Source: a virus
Taxonomy: Duplodnaviria; Caudoviricetes
IMG/VR virus record: IMGVR_UViG_3300037461_000730
Coordinates: 1 to 37,075 of that record
Length of the DNA: 37,075 nt
Direction: 5' to 3' (one strand)
In this document: in pieces, positions 8,506 to 17,527 of the stretch
Numbering within the stretch: position 1 is the stretch's first letter
Layout of the letters: each line of letters opens with the position of its first letter
The notes under the pieces: generated by a model
Told to the model about the DNA's origin: nothing
The model's input: only the letters and a program-made list of their open reading frames with translations
Database searches by the model: none
Translations under genes and position numbers: made by a program

Positions 8506-10109
8506 TATCTTTCCCCGGCCGGCATGACGTTGTAGGTCAATGCTCCGAGCCGCCAGTTGCCGTCGTATTGGCTCTCTACCCGGACCGACATGAATCGCCC
8601 GGTGATTCTCGGGGTGATCGATTGTGACTGCCCGGGGACAAACCGGTGCGGGCCATCCCACTGGACAGTCTCGCCTTCGGAGAATTGCGACCCGATGTAA
8701 AAGTCCACGGGTGCTGACCCGATCATTTCCGGCCAGACCCGATCCACCATGACCAACGAATCTGCCCCGCCAACGGGAATTCCGACTCGTTCGGCCATGC
8801 AGTATTTCGGTCGCCCAAGGGAATCCAGATCTCTGGCCCCCACGACCGAAACCCACCACGCGGTGTCGGCGTCGTTCGACTCATAGACGATCGTGTCGGG
8901 GACCGAGGGCTGATAGACGCCCTTGTTCCATGTCCCGTTTCGCTGTTCGTCCCACGTCAGACCGCCATCCATTCTCGGTTGCGGCTTGAATGGCGTCTGG
9001 GTTCCAAGCTGGTCCCACGTCAAGGTTCCTGTGGAGTCGGTTACGAGGATGGTGTCATACCCATACCCGTTGATCAGTCTCCGGTGCCCCCACGTCTTTT
9101 CCTCGTAATTGTAGACGAACGAGTCGGACAGATTGACCGCCCCAGCGCGAGCGCCAGATATGAAAATCTGGCTGGTCTGCTCGGAAACATAGACCTGCGA
9201 CAGTTCCCACAACTCTTCTGAAATCGAGTTGAAGAGGGTCCTGCGGATCCGCATGTCGACCAGAGAAGTTGCGTTCTGGCCATCGAAGTACAGGCAGTCT
9301 GAGGTCGTGAAAACTATGAGGCCGCCCATCGCCGCAGCGAACCCACGGAAGATTCGCGTTCCGACGCCGCTCTTGAGTTGGTCGGTCCGCATGACGTACT
9401 GGCCGCCAATCCACGACATGCCGTAAATCGCGTCTTCCTTCACGATGTAGAGAGAATCACGGACCACCGCCGCGCCGATGATGACCCCGGCAGATTCGCC
9501 GAGAATGTCATCCCCGGCGTCGTTCGTCAGGGATGCGACCCACTCGGTCGGCAAATCTCCTTCCTGCGCGGAGTTAGACCACCGGAACTTGTGCGGGTAG
9601 TTGACATCCGTCTCGGTCATGTTCAGGGCGACGAGATAGTACCGGTACGCCGCGATGAACTGGCAGCGCCACTCCGTAGACCATCCCGGGGCCGCCTTGA
9701 GAATCTGGTCCGCCGGAAGCGCCGCCCCGATGTCCCAGTAGAACAGCCCCTCCATGGAGTTGTTGACCACCAGCACGCCGTTGAGGTTGGCGAAGGTGAT
9801 CTGGCCAGAGGCCCACGCTGTTCCGGTAGGGGTGATTTCCTTGCCGACCTTGTTGATGAGGTCATAGGCAAAGACCTTGACCCCGTCAGAGACAACCACA
9901 TTCCAGACCCCGCCGGGGGTCTTGTAGGCGGTGTGGAAAACCGGCTTGATCGTCAGATCCAGCAGCTTCCTTTCGCCACGCACCGACCCGATCGCCCCGT
10001 CGTTGGTCGAGACGTTCACCATGCTCGTCCATGCCGCCGGGGGGGCGAGGGACGGAATGACGTCACTCAGCCAGCCGACTGACCCGAGGTCCGGAATGCG
10101 TTGTCTCAT
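8505..10109 (-). CDS. Tail hub / tail tubular protein B (P22 gp10-like stabilisation protein)
   Basis: 534 aa, beta-rich, RWSNS motif, C-terminal GRFMSVRV; synteny. Confidence 0.75.
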   Translation of the reverse strand: MRQRIPDLGSVGWLSDVIPSLAPPAAWTSMVNVSTNDGAIGSVRGERKLLDLTIKPVFHTAYKTPGGVWNVVVSDGVKVFAYDLINKVGKEITPTGTAWASGQITFANLNGVLVVNNSMEGLFYWDIGAALPADQILKAAPGWSTEWRCQFIAAYRYYLVALNMTETDVNYPHKFRWSNSAQEGDLPTEWVASLTNDAGDDILGESAGVIIGAAVVRDSLYIVKEDAIYGMSWIGGQYVMRTDQLKSGVGTRIFRGFAAAMGGLIVFTTSDCLYFDGQNATSLVDMRIRRTLFNSISEELWELSQVYVSEQTSQIFISGARAGAVNLSDSFVYNYEEKTWGHRRLINGYGYDTILVTDSTGTLTWDQLGTQTPFKPQPRMDGGLTWDEQRNGTWNKGVYQPSVPDTIVYESNDADTAWWVSVVGARDLDSLGRPKYCMAERVGIPVGGADSLVMVDRVWPEMIGSAPVDFYIGSQFSEGETVQWDGPHRFVPGQSQSITPRITGRFMSVRVESQYDGNWRLGALTYNVMPAGER

Positions 10110-10117
10110 GGGTGGCT

Positions 10118-10720
10118 TTACTGGAGGGTGACTTCCGGCTTCATGGCCTTGCAGGATGGCGCCACCGCAGCATACTTGCTCGAGCAGAGGACGACAAGCG
10201 CATCACCGGGCCGGTCCATGTTCTGGAAGCTGCGGGCCGTTTCACGCACGCCGCACTCGTCATCCAGATAGCTGCCGCCGAAGCTGACGCCCCAGCCAAG
10301 GCCGGAAGCCCCTGCGTTCGCACTGTGCGCGCAGCTTGTGGTCGGATACACGTTGCCGGCATAGACCGATGGCGCAGCAAGCACCTTGACAGTGGTCGGC
10401 TGCGGGGCTGCTGCCGGGAAGTTGTTGTTCACGACAGGAGGAGCCGATTGCGTTGCCGGAAGCGTGTTGTTCACGGTGACGGGCTGGCCCGCTGGCTGCA
10501 CTGTGACATTCGCCGGCTGGACAGTGACAGCCGCCGGGAGGACATTGACCCCGAGGCTGGTGTTGCTGCTGACGAAGGCCAGCGCGTTGTTGCGGGTGTC
10601 GACACTGACGTTCGGGTTCTGGCCGCTGGGCGAACAGTTGCCGACGCAGCCGTCGTTGCCGGGGCTGGCGAAGGCGGTCAGGCTGAAAAGTGCGAGGACT
10701 GCGAGGAAGATGCGTTTCAT
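10118..10720 (-). CDS. Secreted/periplasmic hypothetical protein
   Basis: Signal peptide MKRIFLAVLALFSLTAFA; VTVQPA repeats; Cys-rich C-terminus; AGGAG RBS. Confidence 0.7.
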   Translation of the reverse strand: MKRIFLAVLALFSLTAFASPGNDGCVGNCSPSGQNPNVSVDTRNNALAFVSSNTSLGVNVLPAAVTVQPANVTVQPAGQPVTVNNTLPATQSAPPVVNNNFPAAAPQPTTVKVLAAPSVYAGNVYPTTSCAHSANAGASGLGWGVSFGGSYLDDECGVRETARSFQNMDRPGDALVVLCSSKYAAVAPSCKAMKPEVTLQ

Positions 10721-10731
10721 TTGGAACTCTC

Positions 10732-10887
10732 CTATTTTGGCGGATGTGTGCGGATGAAGTAGTCGAGGACAGCCATCTTGATTTGGTCAATTGGCAGTAG
10801 AGGTTCGACCGTGACCTCTACGTTCGTGAGTATAACGCCTGTCCCGGGAACGGGGATGTCAGGGAGCTTGATGGTTTGCTTGCTCAT
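10732..10887 (-). CDS. 51-aa hypothetical protein (MSKQTIKLPDIP...)
   Basis: Below ORF-track cutoff; ATGA overlap with the lipoprotein stop; fills the gap exactly. Confidence 0.5.
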   Translation of the reverse strand: MSKQTIKLPDIPVPGTGVILTNVEVTVEPLLPIDQIKMAVLDYFIRTHPPK

Positions 10888-11168
10888 TTTGCCCCCTTTA
10901 TGCGTGAATCAAATTCTTGACCGAGCGGCCCATTTTCCTTCGGGGTGACGCAGGTTGCCCGAGCGGAGTTGTTCTGGTTGCAGATGATGATGACAGGCAT
11001 GGAGTTCGTCCCCTGCTTGCTCTCGCTCTGGTGGGCAGATTGCTGGTCGGCGCTCTGCGTCTGCTCCGCCGACTGGCGCTGCGTCTGCTCCTGCGAGGTC
11101 TTGCTGACCTGCACAGGGACAGGACCACAGGCGGTGATGGTGATCATTGGGAGAAGGTAGCGGATCAT
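10884..11168 (-). CDS. Putative lipoprotein
   Basis: Short hydrophobic leader with lipobox-like ITAC; Gln/Ser-rich linker. Confidence 0.55.
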   Translation of the reverse strand: MIRYLLPMITITACGPVPVQVSKTSQEQTQRQSAEQTQSADQQSAHQSESKQGTNSMPVIIICNQNNSARATCVTPKENGPLGQEFDSRIKGAK

Positions 11169-11719
11169 GGGGTCCTTACGAGAAACGCCGAGAATAGTGA
11201 AGCAAGAGTGCCTTCGACTTTTGGGCTTGTCCCTGTAACAAGCACGTGTGCTGATATGTAGTCTGTCGTGCCGTTCAGATATGCCAGACCAGTCGCATTG
11301 GCAATTTGACCACCAGTGCTTGCTGAACCTGCCCTATAGGTTCCCCCCTCGCTCGTTGATCCGTTCTTCCACACAGCAACGCCAATGATCGTAACCGATG
11401 TACCGTTGATCGCTACCTGAGCATTGAACTGATACCAGCCTGCCTTCTGTGGAGTGAATTTTCCAGTAGTTGGGTCGTACCAGTTGTCAGTGTCAAGTTC
11501 TTCGGTTGGGAACGGAACTACTGTCCAACTGGCACTTGTCAGTGCAAGGTCGGAACTTCTCTTTGCCCTGAACGCAGGCACCGGCTCATTGCCCTCCAGA
11601 GCGTATGGAGCAAGCGCCTTGATCGTCTTGGCCGTGCTGTCGATTTGCAGCGCGTCTTCCGCTGCGTTGCCGATATTGACTTTGGTGCCGGTTGCATCGG
11701 CTGTGATTTTAGCTGTCAT
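11165..11719 (-). CDS. Tail fibre/receptor-binding protein with C1q-like domain
   Basis: PAFRA, YDPTTGKFTP-x2-AGWYQF, YLNGTTDYI, FSAFLV C1q-type motifs. Confidence 0.75.
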   Translation of the reverse strand: MTAKITADATGTKVNIGNAAEDALQIDSTAKTIKALAPYALEGNEPVPAFRAKRSSDLALTSASWTVVPFPTEELDTDNWYDPTTGKFTPQKAGWYQFNAQVAINGTSVTIIGVAVWKNGSTSEGGTYRAGSASTGGQIANATGLAYLNGTTDYISAHVLVTGTSPKVEGTLASLFSAFLVRTP

Positions 11720-11720
11720 G

Positions 11721-12188
11721 TCAGTATCCTATTGCCACATAGCGGCCAGTGATTCCGCCAGCGTTCCAGTTGTTGCGAACGATGAATCCAGCGGCGGTAA
11801 TGTCTTCAGCACTGAACGGAACCAGTGTAGTCACGACTCCAGCGGTAACTTGCGTCAACGAGACACCAACGCAGGCATTTGGGAAAGACGTTGCAAAAGA
11901 GACGGCAAGCGCCCCGCCCGCACTCACGGAGCCGATGGTTCCACCCTTGACTATCACCCCGTTGGGCATTTCGCCGCTGACTTGAGCGGCGGTCTTTGTC
12001 GTTGGCAGTTGCGGCAAAGCGACCTTACCGTCAGCCGCCACCGTGATGATGTCCTGCACGGTCGCCCCGGCATTGCCGCGGGCCAGCTTCATCGTGCCAT
12101 CTGGTGCGGCGGGAACGGACAGGGTGAAGTTCTTGGCCGGGTCGCCAGAGAGGCCCAGCTGGTGCATGATCGACTTTACGAGACTCAC
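11721..12188 (-). CDS. Tail fibre protein (gp53-like C-terminal domain)
   Basis: GTG start behind GGAGGT RBS; MPNGVIVKGG, VSFATSFPNAC, YVAIGY motifs. Confidence 0.7.
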   Translation of the reverse strand: MSLVKSIMHQLGLSGDPAKNFTLSVPAAPDGTMKLARGNAGATVQDIITVAADGKVALPQLPTTKTAAQVSGEMPNGVIVKGGTIGSVSAGGALAVSFATSFPNACVGVSLTQVTAGVVTTLVPFSAEDITAAGFIVRNNWNAGGITGRYVAIGY

Positions 12189-12250
12189 GTTAACCTCCGA
12201 TGGTGATGGGGCCGACAACAGTCGTCGGGCCGGTGTATTTTGTGGTCATG

Positions 12251-13072
12251 TCAACAAATCGTCCATACAGACCCAGCTTCCACCGTGACGGTGAAGCCAT
12301 CATTGACCGTGACGGGACCGAAAGTGCCGCCGTTCTGTCCCGCCTTCACCGTCAGGTTTTCCCCGATGGTGTTCGCGTTGTAGAAGATTGCCTTCGTTGC
12401 CGCCTGACCGTACATCTGACCGCCGCCGACCTGACCCCATGCACCGTTGGAGAACCCTTCAAAGACGTCCAGATCAGCGTTGTAGCGGAACTGTCCCTCA
12501 ACACCCGTCGGGCGCTGGGCGGTCGTGCCAACAGGAAGTTGCGCCGCGCCGGTCGTTGAGTCACGCGGAACGGCCAGCGCCACACTGGCCTTCTCGGTGT
12601 TCAAGGCAACGATGTCCGCCTCGATGTTGGTGATCTGGCCCTGCGTCTCGTTGTCCAGTTCGGAAATCGCCGCCTGCACGTTCGTGGCCACGATGGTCCC
12701 AGCAGGAGAAAACGACACCTCCGTTGCGATGATTCCGGAGATTTCAGACCCGGTATGCGTGTGCGACAGCGGCGCCTTCCCTGCCAGAGCAGAATCGAGG
12801 CCGGTGATTGCCGATGTCGGGTGAGCATCGGAAACGCTGCGGCCGCCGAGGTCGTTGTGGGCCAGCGAAGTATCGGCCTGCTGCCAGCCAAGGGATGCCC
12901 GCAGATAGGGTTTCCCGTCGTTTGGCGCCTCTTCCACGGCGCCGATGAACTGCCGGGCCTCCAGAGGGGTTTTGGCCTGTCCTAGCGCGTCCCAGACAGT
13001 GTCCGAGACGGTGTTGAGCCACCCGGAGCATATGCGAGTTTCATAATCAACGAAAATGATTTTGTCCATCAA
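12251..13072 (-). CDS. Tail fibre protein
   Basis: VEEAPNDGKPYLR, HPTSAITGL, ATNVQAAISEL, LPVGTTAQRP, FRYN fibre motifs. Confidence 0.75.
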   Translation of the reverse strand: MMDKIIFVDYETRICSGWLNTVSDTVWDALGQAKTPLEARQFIGAVEEAPNDGKPYLRASLGWQQADTSLAHNDLGGRSVSDAHPTSAITGLDSALAGKAPLSHTHTGSEISGIIATEVSFSPAGTIVATNVQAAISELDNETQGQITNIEADIVALNTEKASVALAVPRDSTTGAAQLPVGTTAQRPTGVEGQFRYNADLDVFEGFSNGAWGQVGGGQMYGQAATKAIFYNANTIGENLTVKAGQNGGTFGPVTVNDGFTVTVEAGSVWTIC

Positions 13073-13362
13073 CTGAATCCTCTGGAAAACCCACTGCTGA
13101 ATGCCCGCGTTGATTGATCCGGGGTCCCTCCACCGCCACCATCCGGGGGAGGCGTAACTGCCGGGCCCTCACCGCATACAAAAACCGGCTCCTTCGTGTC
13201 CCCCACCCAGTCTGGTTCAGGTTTCGGCCAGCAGGCGATCGCGAAACACGCCACCGCGATACAGGCGATTGAGGACTCGTCGAACACGGCCGTTGGTGGA
13301 GTGGGAGGGACGTCCCCCCAGACCATCGAAGGAGGGTTCGACGGAACCCAGCAATCAGCCAA
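13069..13362 (-). CDS. Hypothetical protein (MADCWVP...; C-terminal AFSSGFSRGFS)
   Basis: TTG start overlapping the adaptor stop; start uncertain. Confidence 0.45.
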   Translation of the reverse strand: MADCWVPSNPPSMVWGDVPPTPPTAVFDESSIACIAVACFAIACWPKPEPDWVGDTKEPVFVCGEGPAVTPPPDGGGGGTPDQSTRAFSSGFSRGFS

Positions 13363-13942
13363 GGCGGATCCTTGGGGCCGATGAAATCCCCTGATTCCAC
13401 CCTTGCCCAACCACCCCATCGGCGCGGCGCATGAATTCGCCCTGCCACGCGGCCAGACGAACGTCATCCTTCAGGTAGACCGCCGCCTCCTTCAGGATGC
13501 CGTACAGGTAGAGATCGGAAAAGTAATCCGACACCCAGTTGGAATCGAAGTCACCTTGAAGAGGCCGCAGGAACGCGACGTAGTCGAGCGTGTATGTCGT
13601 GTCTTCCGCTGGCGCGGGGAAGAGTTCAGCGACCATCCCGCGCATGATGAAGGCGTGCCCTGCCGCCGTTGCGAGTTCCCGGGCGTCAGGCGGAAACTGG
13701 GCAAGATTCCCGTTCGCATCGCGAAGCTCGATAAGCTGGGCGAGGTCGTAGGGCATCGTCAGAAGCCCGTCGTTCACCGCCGGAAGGACGAAGCTTGTCC
13801 GCCTGACGTTTCGCGGGTGGTCCCTCAGTAGGCGATTCAGTTCCCCTTCCACGGACCCGATCATCGTCGTGATGTCCGCCGCCGGCAGGTCGGGGCGATT
13901 CAGGTAGGAGCGGGTGGCATTGACAAGGTCAGTGCGGTTCAT
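13355..13942 (-). CDS. Tail adaptor / tail tubular protein A-like
   Basis: YLNR-x-DL, E-x-ELNR-x-LR, LFPAP, NWV-x4-DLYLYG-x-L-x-EA-x2-YLKDD-x-R motifs. Confidence 0.8.
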   Translation of the reverse strand: MNRTDLVNATRSYLNRPDLPAADITTMIGSVEGELNRLLRDHPRNVRRTSFVLPAVNDGLLTMPYDLAQLIELRDANGNLAQFPPDARELATAAGHAFIMRGMVAELFPAPAEDTTYTLDYVAFLRPLQGDFDSNWVSDYFSDLYLYGILKEAAVYLKDDVRLAAWQGEFMRRADGVVGQGWNQGISSAPRIRLG

Positions 13943-14231
13943 TGGAGATCTCCAACACGTCATACATGGCCGGGCGAGAATCCACCAGATGATTCGCAAT
14001 CACCCCGGCGGCCCCGGACAGCGACTTGACAAGCTCGTTGCGGGTACTCTCCACCGCGGCAGAGGTCTGGCGCTGCTGCTGGGAGTTCTCGATAAGGAGA
14101 ATCGGCAGGAAGGCGATTGCACAGCCCTCAGAGTCGATTTCGGACCCGGTTTGCGGGTTCATGCCGCGGAGTTTCGTGTGCCAGAGGCACTTGTCGCAGG
14201 AGTGACCAAGTGGACAGCTTTTCTCGCTCAT
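13929..14231 (-). CDS. Conserved Cys-rich phage protein adjacent to tail fibre
   Basis: CPL-x3-C-x2-C-x-W, G-x-NPQTG, CAIA-x-LP-x-LLIENSQQQRQT-x-AAVES-x-RNE. Confidence 0.7.
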   Translation of the reverse strand: MSEKSCPLGHSCDKCLWHTKLRGMNPQTGSEIDSEGCAIAFLPILLIENSQQQRQTSAAVESTRNELVKSLSGAAGVIANHLVDSRPAMYDVLEISNEPH

Positions 14232-14974
14232 GCCGCGTCCCTCACGCAAAGGATGAGATCAAGATATCTCGGGACCCAACTCGCCGCCGATGCGTTCGCG
14301 ACAGTGGCCCCGGAGTAACTGTGGGAGTGTGAAGCGCTGCGTCCTCCAGTGCTCCCCGCAACGGCATGTGCGTGATCAATAGATGCCCCGCCAAGCGAGA
14401 TTCCCGTTACTGACGGCCCGATTGATCCAAGCGCCGCCGCACCACCGCCAGCGAATCCAGCCCCGCCAGTCAGAGTTGATCCACTATGCGTGTGGCCCGG
14501 GTCGCTCACTGAGTGGTTGTGCGATACGTTCTGATTCATGTTCCCGCTTGTTGCCGAGAAATAGTGCGAGTGGTCAGTAGCATCAGATGCCGTTGATCCT
14601 GAATACCCATGGGTGTGCGATGGCACCTTGTCATTGAGGACGGGGTCGTCAGTACCTCCACTGACCCCGCCAGCGGTCGCAGAGGCGACGATTCTCAAGC
14701 CGAAGGTCTGGGAGATTCCGCCGACGCGCGACCACCCAACCGGGGGAGTCGCCTGATAGAACGGAAGAACGGAACCGGCCGGAATCGACCCCTGATTGAT
14801 CTGGTCTTGGGTGAGATTGACCGGACCGGTGATGTTGGGGAAGCTGCGTTTAAGCACATTCTTAATGCCCCTCAAATGGTCATCACCCGCATCCGGAAGG
14901 TCTGTACCGGCAGGCCACGCCTCATTTAGGCTGTCAATATACACATTTCCTGTGAGATTTTCTAAAGGGGGCAT
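14228..14974 (-). CDS. Tail collar / short fibre protein
   Basis: DDHLR-x-IK-x-VLK-x-SFPN start, PPVGW, repeated HxH metal-binding motifs (HTH, HSH, HNH, HAH). Confidence 0.75.
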   Translation of the reverse strand: MPPLENLTGNVYIDSLNEAWPAGTDLPDAGDDHLRGIKNVLKRSFPNITGPVNLTQDQINQGSIPAGSVLPFYQATPPVGWSRVGGISQTFGLRIVASATAGGVSGGTDDPVLNDKVPSHTHGYSGSTASDATDHSHYFSATSGNMNQNVSHNHSVSDPGHTHSGSTLTGGAGFAGGGAAALGSIGPSVTGISLGGASIDHAHAVAGSTGGRSASHSHSYSGATVANASAASWVPRYLDLILCVRDAA

Positions 14975-15030
14975 GTGGAATCTTTCATTTAGTGGGTTAT
15001 AATATGCGCTCTATTCATCAGGAGAGCGAC

Positions 15031-15798
15031 ATGATTAAAGCAAACCAACATCCGGCGTACAGCAGCTATCAGAGCATGAAAACGCGCTGCCACAACCCCA
15101 ATTACAAATCCTACCATCGGTACGGCGGGCGCGGAATCAAGGTCTGCTACCGCTGGCTCACGTCCTTCTGGCTGTTTCTTGAAGACATGGGCGAAAAACC
15201 TACCCCGGAACATCAGATTGACCGCATCGACTCCAATGGCGACTACACCCCTGAAAATTGCCGCTGGGTGCTTCCAAAAGAGCAGCAAAACAACCGCTCC
15301 AGCAACGTGATTCTTGAGTTTCGCGGCAAGTCTCAAACCATGCAGCAGTGGTGCGACGAGCTTGGATTGAGCAAGGCGCTGGTCAGAACGCGGCTTTTCG
15401 AGTACGGGCTTTCCATCGAGGAAGCGCTTACCCGTCCGCTGCGCGCCCACCTTGCAAACCTCAGAGATGACATTAGCCGTTCTGGCGCAAAGCCTTTGAC
15501 AGTGAATGGAGAAACCCACACCTTGAACGAGTGGGCGCGGCGCATCGGAATCAGCAGAACCACCCTTTCCGGAAGGATCAAGCGATGGGGCGCTGAAATG
15601 GCTGTTTCTGGAAACATGCCTAGCAACTCTCTTCACCGGAAGTCCGCCAAGCCAATCACTTTCAACGGCGAGACGCACACGCGAACAGAATGGGCGAGAA
15701 TTCTTGGCATTAGCTACCCCGCACTCTGGAAAAGTGTCCGCCGGTACGGCGAGCAAGGGGCCATCCAGCTTCATTTCATCAAGGCCGGAGCGAAGTAG
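15031..15798 (+). CDS. Free-standing HNH homing endonuclease with three HTH-type repeats, antisense to the late operon
   Basis: MKTRC-x-NPN, YGGRGIKVC-x-RW, IDRID-x-NGDY-x-PENCRW, EQ-x-NNR; three (F/V)-x-G-x3-T-x2-(E/Q)W-x4-G(I/L)S repeats; AGGAG RBS and TATAAT at 14998-15003. Confidence 0.9.
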   Translation: MIKANQHPAYSSYQSMKTRCHNPNYKSYHRYGGRGIKVCYRWLTSFWLFLEDMGEKPTPEHQIDRIDSNGDYTPENCRWVLPKEQQNNRSSNVILEFRGKSQTMQQWCDELGLSKALVRTRLFEYGLSIEEALTRPLRAHLANLRDDISRSGAKPLTVNGETHTLNEWARRIGISRTTLSGRIKRWGAEMAVSGNMPSNSLHRKSAKPITFNGETHTRTEWARILGISYPALWKSVRRYGEQGAIQLHFIKAGAK

Positions 15799-15800
15799 CA

Positions 15801-16367
15801 TCATTTCGGAATCACGATGTCCGCCACTCCATCACCGTTCACGTCGATGTTGATGGAATCTGCGTCTTCGGAAATTGTGACCGGCGGCTGAGAGAAGACA
15901 ACCGTGTCCGGGTTTGCATCGCCGTCGAGATTCAGCACTGGCGGGGCAGAAAACGTCCCGGTCCCCTTCCATGCCGTAACCGGGTATACCCCATCAGGAA
16001 GCTGGTTCGTCGGCTCGATGGTGATGGACGTATATCCTGCTGCCGGTTGAAGTGGCGCGACGATTTCGCGCACACTGCCACCGACGGAAATGAAATCGCC
16101 AGATGCCAACTGCGCCAGGGCTGGGGAGATGTCATGCCCGTCCATCGCGATGTGATTGATAGACAGCTTATTGATGATGTTGTCTGAATGGACGATCTCA
16201 CCAGAAACAGGCGCAGCGCCGATAGCCGGAGTCGCATAGGAGAACATCCGATGGGAGACGGGGGTCTGCTTATCCTCGCCGGCGAACCGTTTCAGCCACG
16301 GACCCCTGGTCAGGTTGTTCAGGACCGGCTGCTTGTGCAGAAGCAGGTTTTTGATGCGCCTGAGCAT
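15801..16367 (-). CDS. Hypothetical virion protein with C-terminal DxDxDG-type Ca-binding motif
   Basis: Start MLRRIKN overlaps upstream TGA; IDVNGDGVADI at C-terminus. Confidence 0.55.
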   Translation of the reverse strand: MLRRIKNLLLHKQPVLNNLTRGPWLKRFAGEDKQTPVSHRMFSYATPAIGAAPVSGEIVHSDNIINKLSINHIAMDGHDISPALAQLASGDFISVGGSVREIVAPLQPAAGYTSITIEPTNQLPDGVYPVTAWKGTGTFSAPPVLNLDGDANPDTVVFSQPPVTISEDADSINIDVNGDGVADIVIPK

Positions 16368-16924
16368 CAGACGTGCCCGCCACCATACGGCAGGGCGCAG
16401 CAATCGCGGGACTGGACGCCTGCGGGGTTGGCGGTCCATGAGGCGACGCCAGCGGCAAAGTCGATACCAGCTTGGGAGATTACCTGCCCGAAGTTCGACC
16501 CGGCAAGCTTGACCAGTTGCGCGGTGACTGCAGCAGCGCCGGTGGAGGCGCCAGTGTTCGCCCCGCCAACTAGGGCATTCGCCTGTGCATTCGCGGCGAC
16601 TGCGGCGATGACTTGGGCGGCCGTAGAGGTGATGACGCCAGACGAGTTGGTTCCGAGCGAAATGTGGATTTTCGACAGGCTCTGAACAGAGACGGCGAGG
16701 ACTTGACTGTTCCCGCCATTGACCATGTCGATCTCCATCCCGTTGCCGGGGATTTTCGCGGTCCATGTGATGCCGTTGTTGCTGGCTTCGACCCCGCTGG
16801 TCCCGGTCGCGTAGGTCAGGGAACCGCCGCCCTTCGCGTATTGCCGGCCTTCACAGTAGGCCCTCACGTTCTGGGGGTCGCGCGGGGTGCGAGTGACCCC
16901 AGTAATTTTCAATTTGCCGGACAT
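16367..16924 (-). CDS. Putative head decoration/structural protein
   Basis: GAGGAG RBS; NNGITWTAK and STAAQVIAAV motifs seen in phage structural proteins. Confidence 0.6.
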   Translation of the reverse strand: MSGKLKITGVTRTPRDPQNVRAYCEGRQYAKGGGSLTYATGTSGVEASNNGITWTAKIPGNGMEIDMVNGGNSQVLAVSVQSLSKIHISLGTNSSGVITSTAAQVIAAVAANAQANALVGGANTGASTGAAAVTAQLVKLAGSNFGQVISQAGIDFAAGVASWTANPAGVQSRDCCALPYGGGHV

Positions 16925-16980
16925 GGATTCAGACTCCTCTGGGTCGGGGTTTCGGGGTGCGTCTCTTGCAGGACATGATT

Positions 16981-17307
16981 CTAGACCTTCACTCGGTCGA
17001 CAACCATGACCTCTGGGTTCTCGCGAATCAGGGCCAGCAGCTTCATGGAACGAATCTGCTTGTCGTTCGAGCGCAGTTCCGGGTGCTCGCGCAACCATTT
17101 GTCATACATGATTTGGGGAATGGAGGCGATTTGCCGGCCCCACTCGAGCGGGCGCTGGTCCATGGCCCGCTTGATGGCGTTGTCGGCCAGAATAGCCGAC
17201 TCATTCAGTTGGGTTTTCTCGGCGTAAAGCTTGCCTTCATGCGGCTGGAACTTGACTCTCGTCCGGAACAGCCCGTCATGGAAATCGTCGTTGAGCGGAT
17301 CGCTCAT
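16981..17307 (-). CDS. Conserved hypothetical protein downstream of the capsid gene
   Basis: R-x-IASIP-x5-KW motif; ATGA overlap. Confidence 0.7.
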   Translation of the reverse strand: MSDPLNDDFHDGLFRTRVKFQPHEGKLYAEKTQLNESAILADNAIKRAMDQRPLEWGRQIASIPQIMYDKWLREHPELRSNDKQIRSMKLLALIRENPEVMVVDRVKV

Positions 17308-17510
17308 ATCAGACCCTTCGCGACAAGCCGCGCGTGAATTTCCTCAGTCACCTGAGTGGTTTCGCCAGCTTGGATGATTGCATTGCCCACGAAGAATGAC
17401 TTCCGGGCGGTCACAGTGACCTTCTGCGGGACTTTCGGCGCCGGAGTGACCTCAGGTGCCACCGCCTCGGGATTCGTCTCCCTGATGCGGCTACGGATGG
17501 TTCTGGGCAT
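17304..17510 (-). CDS. Hypothetical protein
   Basis: GGAG RBS; GET-x2-V-x6-RLV-x-KGLI motif. Confidence 0.6.
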   Translation of the reverse strand: MPRTIRSRIRETNPEAVAPEVTPAPKVPQKVTVTARKSFFVGNAIIQAGETTQVTEEIHARLVAKGLI

Positions 17511-17527
17511 CTTCTCTCCCAAGGAAG

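Noticed and set aside
11165-14974. Diversity-generating retroelement acting on the fibre genes
   Set aside because: No reverse transcriptase and no template/variable repeat pair differing at adenines was seen
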